A stretch of DNA of 13,247 nucleotides from a virus (IMGVR_UViG_3300023038_000160); one strand, 5' to 3'; positions 1 to 6,916 are shown, numbered from the stretch's first letter. A program made the numbers and translations. Notes: generated by a model not told the origin, from the sequence alone.

Positions 1-22
1 TTCGTGAACATGTCCTTTCAGG

Positions 23-98
23 GCCGATATAGCTCAGTTGGTAGAGCAGCGCATTCGTAATGCGAAGGTCGTAGGTTCGACTCCTATTATCGGCACCA
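23..98 (+). tRNA. thrW: tRNA-Thr, anticodon CGT (reads ACG), CCA end encoded
   Basis: 76-nt cloverleaf readable by eye: acceptor GCCGATA/TATCGGC, D-arm GCTC-AGTTGGTA-GAGC, anticodon arm GCGCA-TTCGTAA-TGCGA, T-arm GTAGG-TTCGACT-CCTAT, discriminator A plus CCA. From memory it matches the enterobacterial tRNA-Thr(CGU) gene, a known integration target. Confidence 0.9.
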
Positions 99-703
99 TC
101 AAGAAAATCAATAACTTAGCTTAACTTCTCTAAGAAATTGTATCTTCTGTTATCACTTACAAACGCCTATACGTTGTTATGGGCTTTGGTAGTGTAACAC
201 GTATGGGCGAGTAGTTCCCAGGCTCAACCTCGTAACAAGTTCCTTTGAAGCTGGAAGACGTGCCACCGTCTCTAAACCTTCTACCAAAACTCTTAGCAAG
301 ATGTTCCACACCTGGCGCGGTGTCCAATGATGCTACACGTCGTGAGACGTTGCAGAGGATAAACAGGCTAAATGATGGGAAGAGTTTTAAGTGCAATAGT
401 GGATTAAAGCCCACCTCTTCAAAACCTAACTTGATCGGGAAAGAATCAAGCTCTAGCACGGTTTCGTCCACCGGAGTACAACGGGTGCCTGATAAGAGAA
501 GAACTGCTAAGACTTCATAGCTTTTGTGAAAAAGCCCTTTTTAGTGGATACGCCTACGGCGCTTATTTTTTGGTATAACCATCAAAGGCGCTTTATGGCT
601 CCTATTGTCTTGAAAATGTATCTTTACTTGTATTGTGTTTTATGCGTAGTCTCCCTGTGTAGTATGTAACTTGTTAATTTTCATATGAATACAGAGGCAC
701 ACG

Positions 704-856
704 ATGAAAAACATTGCAGCTATCAAACGTAATAACCGCAAGATTCACGCTCGTAAGTTCCTGTCTACGCCAGAGGGAAAAGCCTGGCTAGAACGTAAAC
801 AGCGAGAGAACGAAGAAAGAAAACTCCTTAGTGAGTTGAAATGGCTTAAGGATTGA
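704..856 (+). CDS. Small basic hypothetical protein (50 aa; MKNIAAIKRNNRKIHARKFLSTPEGKAWLERKQRENEERKLLSELKWLKD)
   Basis: ATG with GAGG 9 nt upstream; below the 60-aa cutoff of the ORF track; ends 14 nt before a palindromic hairpin. Lys/Arg-rich, possibly nucleic-acid binding. Confidence 0.3.
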   Translation: MKNIAAIKRNNRKIHARKFLSTPEGKAWLERKQRENEERKLLSELKWLKD

Positions 857-869
857 ATCACCAGTAGGC

Positions 870-905
870 GCATAACACATCCAGCGATCAAAGATGTGTT
901 TATGC
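870..905. terminator. Palindromic hairpin between convergent small ORFs (GCATAACACATC ... GATGTGTTTATGC)
   Basis: 12-bp near-perfect inverted repeat with 11-nt loop; no strong T-tract, so it may be a bidirectional terminator or a protein-binding palindrome. The arm resembles the GCATTACACA motif family seen further downstream. Confidence 0.35.
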
Positions 906-922
906 ACCTGATAGTGAAATTA

Positions 923-1081
923 TTAAAGTCGTTTAGTTAACATCGCCATTGCTTGAGCAATAATTGCAACAGCGTCCATCTCTTCACTGGAAGCGATGCA
1001 AATGCGGTAACTAATAGCCACAACGAATACATCAATAACGAGAAAGTGAATAGTGTGAAGATGTTTTGAAAGTAAATGCAT
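923..1081 (-). CDS. Small hydrophobic hypothetical protein (52 aa; MHLLSKHLHTIHFLVIDVFVVAISYRICIASSEEMDAVAIIAQAMAMLTKRL), probably single-pass membrane
   Basis: Minus-strand ATG at 1081 preceded by GGAGG with 5-nt spacing; central ~20-aa hydrophobic stretch; not in the ORF track because under 60 aa. Preferred over the track ORF 937..1146, which is in another frame and lacks an RBS. Confidence 0.3.
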   Translation of the reverse strand: MHLLSKHLHTIHFLVIDVFVVAISYRICIASSEEMDAVAIIAQAMAMLTKRL

Positions 1082-1475
1082 AACTTCCTCCGGTTTGTAG
1101 ATAGGAGGATTAGAACACGCATTAAATGATGTTGCAACAATGGCAATTTACCCTAATAGTCTACTATTCACCTCAATCTACGTCAACCAATATTTGATGT
1201 AGATTTAATTTTCTTTTAAAAACAATATGTTGCTATTTGTTGGGTTTTGGAGTTAGGTTGTTTTTTGGACGTTTCCATCAAGTGTAAAGATACGTCTAGC
1301 CTTCATAGTGAGTTCAGTTACTGTCTTTTTCTCTGAAATCGGCGCAAACGTGATCATCGCTTGAGGTTGCTGCTCTTACTTCTCAAATTGTGATGGAGAA
1401 CGATAAAGGTTAGAGGGCACTTTTATTTTTTTAAGCAAGTGTATAGCATAAGAATAATCTAAAAAGGGAGGTTAT

Positions 1476-2027
1476 ATGCGCAGGTCTGCATTTGTGAGGA
1501 TGATGATTTTTACAACGTTGTTTGTAGGGGGAGCTTCTACCGCAGTTGCTAAAAACTGCAAAAAAGGAATACCTTGTGGTAACTCGTGTATAGCTGTTGG
1601 TAAGACGTGCCGGATTGGCTCTTATGCCCCTTCATCTTATAAAAATCATTCATACTCTTATCCTTCATCCTCTATTCGAAGCTCGCAATCAAATAATTCA
1701 CGAAAAACTGAAGGAGTGAAAACGACTCCTGCTGCCAAAAATTATCTTTGCCAATACTCTATTGCATCAATCGAAAACGGACGTTTAGGGGCATTACGTG
1801 TTCAGGGATACGCACAAGTAACTTTATATGCAGATAGCTTCAAGGCTAACAGATTAAATGGAACATATTTGATATCGCCAAAACTGTATGCTAACGGCAA
1901 GTTTATGATGGCAGATGATAAAAGCAAGGTTTATGCTTATGATTCTTGGCTATTAAATTTTGCAATAAGCGATCGTATCACAAGAACGACAGAACAATGG
2001 GATCGATGTAAGCTCAATCAAAAATAA
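1476..2027 (+). CDS. Secreted cysteine-rich hypothetical protein (183 aa) with predicted Sec signal peptide
   Basis: Strong RBS (AAAAAGGGAGG 6 nt before ATG); N-terminus MRRSAFVRMMIFTTLFVGGASTAVA is a basic n-region, hydrophobic core and AxA cleavage motif; mature part starts with C-x4-C-x3-C-x6-C and has two more Cys near the C-terminus; followed by an 8-bp stem hairpin. No family recognised by eye. Confidence 0.6.
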   Translation: MRRSAFVRMMIFTTLFVGGASTAVAKNCKKGIPCGNSCIAVGKTCRIGSYAPSSYKNHSYSYPSSSIRSSQSNNSRKTEGVKTTPAAKNYLCQYSIASIENGRLGALRVQGYAQVTLYADSFKANRLNGTYLISPKLYANGKFMMADDKSKVYAYDSWLLNFAISDRITRTTEQWDRCKLNQK

Positions 2028-2045
2028 CAGTTAGAGAAGCTCTTG

Positions 2046-2105
2046 TAGAGGCATTATTGAGTTATTGGTTTTAATATTTTTGTGCCTCTATGGGCTTTTT
2101 TTGCC
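2046..2105 (+). terminator. Putative intrinsic terminator after the secreted-protein gene
   Basis: Perfect 8-bp inverted repeat TAGAGGCA (2046-2053) / TGCCTCTA (2083-2090) followed by GGGCTTTTTTTGCCTTTTT; the loop is long and AT-rich, so efficiency is uncertain. Confidence 0.35.
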
Positions 2106-2787
2106 TTTTTGCAATGTAGGAGAGAGCACAGGAATCGTTAAAATTAATTATTGGGGTATTTAAGGTTATTTTCAGGTGATTTAAGGGTATTAAACTTGAT
2201 TTAATTGGTTAAAATATAAACAGATAGTTCTGTATCTTATTGATTTATAAGGTTATTTTTAAATAAAGGTAAATAAAAAATAAATAGCTATAAATACATC
2301 TTAATACCTATATCCCTTCCCTTATGGCTAGATTGCGAGAGGTGCTTAACGCGATTTTCAGCGCCCCCCGATCTGGAAAATCCAGAATCCCCAAATATCA
2401 GCAAGGAATTTCTTGCACAATCAACATCGTTTTTACCTATTAAATCATTACACAGAAAGCCTTTCTGTAATGCCTCTCACTAAACTTTCACTAAACACGA
2501 GAATGATCGGTTTTATGTCGGATCTGATGCTAGAAACAGCACCACGTCTCACAAGGGCTGTAAGCGATGAAACCAGTGTTTATGCGGGTGCGGGTCAAAA
2601 TATAGGCCAAAATCCATTTAACATAATAATCATAATATGCACTAAGGAACACATAGAACGCCTTGAATTGATGTATCATGGGAAAAGTGATGGATTTTTT
2701 ACGTAGGAGCACGAGAGGGCTTCTGTTTACTTTTGTGTGCTATGAAATATAATTAAAGGTTTTTTTGTTTTTATTGTGTGAAGTGGT

Positions 2788-3230
2788 GGATTACACAGGG
2801 GAATAGATTAAATGGTGTTCTGTTTATACAGGTTTATTTGTTAGATCAACAATTTGGCATTTCTAAACAGATGTTTGAACGTTGCCAAATGTCTTGACAA
2901 CACAAGAAAAGGGCTTGCTATGCCACGCATTACACGAAATAAGGCTGTAAAAACAAAATAAATTTTAAAATTTGCACAAACGAGAAAACTCGTTCAGAAA
3001 CAAGCAGAACAATTTTTAGCCAACAATTTCTGATGGTGTGCTGTAAGCCGCATTACACAAGGCTTTGCGAAAGTGATGTAAAAGTGAAGAAAGTAAGAAT
3101 TGCACTTTTAAGCTACTTTTTCATTGAATTTTTAGTATGGAATTACACAGGAATAAGTTAGGGATATTCTATGATTTACACAGGGAATATAGGGGGATTA
3201 TGGCACACACATAGAAAGGCATTACACAGG
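2788..3230 (+). repeat. Array of same-orientation motif copies, consensus G(C/A)ATTACACAGG(G)
   Basis: Copies at 2790-2799, 3142-3151, 3221-3230 (exact ATTACACAGG) and variants at 2929-2937, 3052-3062, 3174-3185; further variants outside this span at 4353-4364 and 4435-4444. Three copies extend to ...CAGGG(G)AAT. Irregular spacing, all on the + strand. Confidence 0.6.
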
Positions 3231-3276
3231 GTGAGTGCTATGTGACAAATGGATGTAACGGTAGGTCATAGTGAGC

Positions 3277-3416
3277 TACCCCCTATCAAGTCTAACAGGG
3301 GTTTATAAAGAATAATAAACCGATGATACCCCTATCAATATTGATACCCCTATTAACTTTGATATGACTACCCCTATCAAGTCTGATACCCCTACCCCTA
3401 TCAAAACTGATACCCG
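3277..3416 (+). repeat. Iteron cluster, core (G/C)(A/T)TACCCCTATCAA, candidate replication origin
   Basis: Direct repeats at 3277-3294, 3325-3338, 3343-3356, 3368-3380, 3385-3404 and a partial copy at 3409-3416, spaced 18-24 bp (about two helical turns), immediately followed by a very AT-rich tract (3417-3490) that could act as a DNA unwinding element. Confidence 0.65.
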
Positions 3417-3489
3417 ATAAGAATAAGTTAATAAGAATAATTAAATAATAATTAAATAATATTCTTTATATCTATATATATATGATTTT

Positions 3490-3660
3490 TTGCCTTCCGG
3501 CGTTAGCTTCACTCTCTGGCAAGCAGCCTTACTCCGCTACCTTTCGGGCTACGTTGGCTGGCCCCGTTCCGCTCACACCGAAAGCAAAGCGTTACTTTCT
3601 TCGTGTAACTATCGTTGGCGGTAACGCCCACGAAGAAATACTATTGCGCTATGCGCAGTA
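3490..3660. other. GC-rich structured patch inside the AT-rich noncoding region; candidate cos/pac-like packaging site, primosome site or structured ncRNA
   Basis: Sharp local rise in GC; nested hairpin TTCTTCGTG(3596-3604)...CACGAAGAA(3633-3641) with inner CGTT/AACG stem; motifs CCGTTCCGCTC and GTTACTTTCTTCGTGTAACT resemble, from memory, the terminase-binding R elements and adjacent sequence of lambda cosB. Not verified by alignment. Confidence 0.3.
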
Positions 3661-3722
3661 AGAGTAATCACCTAACCAATCATACTGATTGCTTATGTGT
3701 TAACTCTATCTCTCTACCTCTT

Positions 3723-3880
3723 AATTCCACTTCCTACATTCTGTAGTTGTGTAATTACTCGAAGAGAGAGCGGCTAAAGCTCAATTACACTCTGCTTTCC
3801 TCGTGTAATTTCACTAAGCCTCAATACAATTCCACTTCCTACATTTAATAACTCTCGTTATTCTCTGTAGTTGTGTAATT
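3723..3880 (+). repeat. Split direct repeat: AATTCCACTTCCTACATT x2 and CTGTAGTTGTGTAATT x2
   Basis: 18-mer at 3723-3740 and 3828-3845; 16-mer at 3741-3756 and 3865-3880; the two halves are adjacent in copy 1 and separated by a 19-bp insert in copy 2. GTGTAATT also occurs at 3809-3816 and, inverted, at 3782-3789. Confidence 0.55.
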
Positions 3881-4509
3881 GTTTTCGGTGGAAAAGCCAG
3901 AGGCGACACCGAAAGAGAATTCTGATCTTATTAATCTTATCTATCTTAGTTATCTTACTTACTTATCTTACTTTATCTACTTTATTATTAATAATAGCTT
4001 TATAAGCTCTATGTAGCTCTCTGACGCAAGAAACAGAGTTCAGGAAGGGAATCACCTTAGAAAAGTGTTCTTTGCGTCATAATGTGTTTTATGAAGGATT
4101 CAGAGGTGTTTCATAACAGGAATGTATAGAGGATACTTTAGGTAATTAAAAATAAGGGGTCTAAATGCTTCTCTAACAGCATTAAGCAGGGTAGAGAATG
4201 GAAACGCATTGCCTACACATATAAGCTCACTACAGAGCTTTACATAGCGTTTTATAAAGTGACTCTCTATCTTATATCTACAATCACCTTTTCATATACC
4301 TAACAAATACAAAATAAGCCCCTTAAATAAGCCTCTGGCGAGCTAAACAGCCATTACATAAGGGAATGTATTGCTTTTATCAAAATCTCGTTAGAACGCG
4401 TTTTAGAGCGTTTTAGACAATAATGAAGAATAGCACTACACAGGAGAGCACGAATTGTTAAGCAAAAATGTAAGTGCATGAAAAAGATCAGTTTTTTTGT
4501 GAAAAGGTA

Positions 4510-4538
4510 TTGACAAATGTTTCTTTATATGTAATAAT
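4510..4538 (+). promoter_or_regulatory. Sigma70-type promoter for the regulator/replication operon
   Basis: TTGACA (4510-4515), 17-bp spacer, AATAAT (4533-4538) with extended -10 TG at 4530-4531; a ~100-nt leader containing a short hairpin and T-run precedes the first gene. Confidence 0.5.
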
Positions 4539-4648
4539 AGGTATTAGAGGGACAGAAAACATTCTTCTCTAAATAATCAAAATCAATGCACTTTGAAGCC
4601 GTCAGGCTTGCAAGGTGTTTTTTCTTTTAACTGAATAAGGAGTTTTTT

Positions 4649-4837
4649 ATGAAATGGTTCACATCTGAGCACGTCGTTCAGGCATTTAAAAAAGGTGAGT
4701 TATCTCGCCACCAAGTAGTAATGAATCGTAATATGGCAAGGAGTCGAGGTTATCCAGAGCGAGCTGCTTGCTTCAATGAAGCACTCAAGATTATTGATGA
4801 ACTAAGAAAAAATGAAAAAGAATCTGAAACAGAGTAA
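4649..4837 (+). CDS. Small putative DNA-binding regulator (62 aa)
   Basis: Strong RBS AAGGAG 7 nt upstream; first gene after the promoter; basic helical segment LSRHQVVMNRNMARSRG. Family not recognised. Confidence 0.5.
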   Translation: MKWFTSEHVVQAFKKGELSRHQVVMNRNMARSRGYPERAACFNEALKIIDELRKNEKESETE

Positions 4838-4856
4838 AGAAGAGAAGGAGAAAACT

Positions 4857-5027
4857 ATGAGCGAAACTACAGAAAAGAAAAGACAACCACGCACTTGCTT
4901 TCATATTCCTGATGAAGTATTTCAGGTGTTATTTAAAGAAGCCAGAAGTAGACGTATCACTGTCACAGATTACATTCTTGATATGTTGAAAAGAGAGGCT
5001 GAAACACTCTCAAATAAAAGCAAGTGA
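4857..5027 (+). CDS. Ribbon-helix-helix (CopG/Arc-like) DNA-binding protein (56 aa)
   Basis: Start moved from the track's 4812 to the ATG at 4857, which has AAGGAG 7 nt upstream and avoids overlap with the previous gene; RTCFHIPDEVFQVLFKEARSRRITVTDYILDMLK fits a beta-strand followed by two helices. Confidence 0.55.
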   Translation: MSETTEKKRQPRTCFHIPDEVFQVLFKEARSRRITVTDYILDMLKREAETLSNKSK

Positions 5028-5080
5028 TTTTTATCACCATAGTAGCGCCGTAGAGCGTGATTACATCAAGGAGATTTTTA

Positions 5081-5749
5081 ATGATTAAACATACAAAACC
5101 TTTTTTAGGAATAGATTATGACTTACTAGCAATCACTTCCCTGGTGATTAACGGCAAAACAAAAGAAGTAAAACTACACCATAAGATCATTTATTCTTAT
5201 TTGTTAAGTTTATCTGGCACATACCAAAAGGTAACACCATCTTTGAAAGGTATTGGTGAGCGGTTAGGAGTAGGTACAGATCAGACGGTACGCCGTCATA
5301 TCAAAGATCTTGTTTCTTTTGGATGGTTGAAGATTGAGGAAAGGGCAGGTAGCACAAATGCTTATATTGTCCTTCCTTATGAACAAGAAGCCAAAACACA
5401 ACAAGAAGCTACCGTTAAAGCTGTTCCTGAACAGCTTCCCCCTACAGAAGATAATAAAGAGTCTTCTTTTGATGTTCTTGATGATTGGGATGCGCCTTTG
5501 CCGTGGGAGACGGAAGAAACACCTGTTTCATCAAGTGAAAAGGTAGCTAATGATAATGAGGAGGATGTGTTAGAGAATTTTGCCTCTCTTATCTGCCAGC
5601 AGAAAAACACCAGAACAGGAGGGGCATCCTTTATAGAATTTGCAACATCGTTAGCCTATAAGCACAGGTTAAAGCTACCAAATGGTATTGAGGCATATTT
5701 TTCTAAGAATTACCCAAATGTGTATGATGACTTTGATATTCCATTTTAA
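5081..5749 (+). CDS. Winged-helix protein with acidic C-terminal region; candidate iteron-binding replication initiator
   Basis: ATG at 5081 with AAGGAG 8 nt upstream (the track's 5057 start is a GTG without SD); wHTH-like segment SLKGIGERLGVGTDQTVRRHIKDLVSFGWLKIEE; D/E-rich region in the C-terminal half; located downstream of the iteron cluster. The Rep role is inferred from context. Confidence 0.45.
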   Translation: MIKHTKPFLGIDYDLLAITSLVINGKTKEVKLHHKIIYSYLLSLSGTYQKVTPSLKGIGERLGVGTDQTVRRHIKDLVSFGWLKIEERAGSTNAYIVLPYEQEAKTQQEATVKAVPEQLPPTEDNKESSFDVLDDWDAPLPWETEETPVSSSEKVANDNEEDVLENFASLICQQKNTRTGGASFIEFATSLAYKHRLKLPNGIEAYFSKNYPNVYDDFDIPF

Positions 5750-5760
5750 TAAGGAGGGTT

Positions 5761-6039
5761 ATGATTCAATATTTAGTAAAAAATCAAGTAGACAGAATTC
5801 AGTGTAATGACACAGGAAAACGCATCTACGAAACACTTGCTTACCTCTATAAAGGAAAGCCAACACCGCTAAAATATAGCGATGTGTTACACCGAGCAGG
5901 GTGCTCTGAAGATGGTTTAAAATTCTGGCTTAGACAGCTATCAAATTTCGGTGTTATAGAGATTAAAGAATTATCTTTCTCTACATTCAATCTCAAAAGA
6001 CTAGATAAAGAAATAGACTTCATCTATTCCACTCTCTAA
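5761..6039 (+). CDS. Small winged-helix-like protein (92 aa), function unknown
   Basis: Perfect RBS AAGGAGGG directly upstream; segment KYSDVLHRAGCSEDGLKFWLRQLSNFGVIEIKE resembles a wHTH recognition unit. Confidence 0.5.
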   Translation: MIQYLVKNQVDRIQCNDTGKRIYETLAYLYKGKPTPLKYSDVLHRAGCSEDGLKFWLRQLSNFGVIEIKELSFSTFNLKRLDKEIDFIYSTL

Positions 6040-6168
6040 AATCTCTCTATGTAATTAAAATATAAAAGGAAAACATTATTATGATAGTAGCTATGTATTG
6101 GTTATTGTTCTTTCTCACGTTAGAAACATATTTCGGGGTGTTTTCCTTTAAAAGAAAAGGAAAGGTAA

Positions 6169-6576
6169 ATGGCAAAAAGAAAAAACAACGTTGTTAAGAA
6201 AATAGGGGATTCAGCTTCTCTTCTAAGTAAACCTAAATCTATTCTAAGACGCAAAGACTTTAAAGAGCTAGTAACGCTCACCAAGCATAATAGCGCCCCT
6301 GGCGAATGGAAAACAGAGATCATAGAACATTCTCCCTCTGTGCCTTGTGGAGATGAATTTAACGCATTACAAGAAATCTTATCTTCAACACCTGGTGTAT
6401 TCTGGAAACCTAGAAAAAGAAAAGAGTATATTGTTGATAGCTCTGATTTACGCAAATACCAGATTTTAGGATTTGAAGACTATAACCACTACGTCGGTTA
6501 TCTCGCCACCAATGGCCTAAATAATTTAGTTCCTGAATTCCAAATTTTAGATAATGCTGATTATGGAGACTTTTAA
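6169..6576 (+). CDS. Hypothetical protein (135 aa), basic N-terminus
   Basis: RBS AAAGGAAAGG 4-5 nt before ATG; operon context; no family recognised. Confidence 0.5.
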   Translation: MAKRKNNVVKKIGDSASLLSKPKSILRRKDFKELVTLTKHNSAPGEWKTEIIEHSPSVPCGDEFNALQEILSSTPGVFWKPRKRKEYIVDSSDLRKYQILGFEDYNHYVGYLATNGLNNLVPEFQILDNADYGDF

Positions 6577-6577
6577 T

Positions 6578-6916
6578 ATGAACAAAAACACGTATGACAC
6601 AATTTATTCACTAATTAATTATTATGAGGATGATTACCTCCTGCCTTTAAACCGCGCTGAACTTGATGCATATAAAGAAAACACTCCAGCGGCACTAAAT
6701 GAGGCGTTTAAACACTGGGATTTAGCTGTGAATGCCTTTGAGCACCTCTTTAAGCGTGTAGAGATGCTCTGTAAGCGCGAAAACGCATATCTGACAGCGG
6801 ATCAGATATGGGAGTTATCAAACTGGATAGAAGATATTGAATCTGATGTTCGCTATGTAGGAGACGGACTTGTTGAACTAGCTCAACGCTTAGGCGCTAC
6901 TATCACAGAAGAATAA
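6578..6916 (+). CDS. Acidic helical hypothetical protein (112 aa from the ATG at 6578)
   Basis: GGAG 9 nt upstream of the ATG at 6578; the upstream ATGs at 6554 and 6563 lack an SD and overlap the previous gene. No family recognised. Confidence 0.45.
   Translation: MNKNTYDTIYSLINYYEDDYLLPLNRAELDAYKENTPAALNEAFKHWDLAVNAFEHLFKRVEMLCKRENAYLTADQIWELSNWIEDIESDVRYVGDGLVELAQRLGATITEE

Noticed and set aside
157-520. Overlapping track ORFs 157..471 (-) and 245..520 (+) just downstream of the tRNA
   Set aside because: They overlap on opposite strands, neither has a convincing Shine-Dalgarno site, the + ORF would start at TTG, and neither translation shows recognisable features. More likely noncoding att-proximal DNA or a decayed gene.
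937-1146. Track ORF of 69 aa on the minus strand
   Set aside because: Different frame from the RBS-supported 52-aa ORF (923..1081) in the same region; lacks an SD.
2413-2712. Track ORFs 2413..2706 (+) and 2530..2712 (-)
   Set aside because: Mutually overlapping, no RBS, low-complexity translation (for example IIIIIC), located inside the repeat-rich noncoding region.
2788-3230. ATTACACAGG motifs as DnaA boxes
   Set aside because: The motif is one base short of the 9-mer DnaA-box consensus TTATNCACA and does not align to it. No clear DnaA box was found by eye.
4399-4418. Tandem CGTTTTAGAG / CGTTTTAGAC resembling the start of a Cas9-type CRISPR repeat
   Set aside because: Only two 10-bp copies with no spacers and no cas genes; a coincidental similarity, not a CRISPR array.
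5334-5610. Track ORFs 5334..5546 (+) and 5377..5610 (-) inside the Rep-like gene
   Set aside because: Alternate-frame and antisense shadows of the better-supported 5081..5749 CDS.
6081-6197. 38-aa hydrophobic-then-basic small ORF (MIVAMYWLLFFLTLETYFGVFSFKRKGKVNGKKKKQRC)
   Set aside because: Overlaps the RBS and start of the 135-aa gene in another frame; its hydrophobicity is what T-rich DNA produces by chance. Not excluded, but unsupported.
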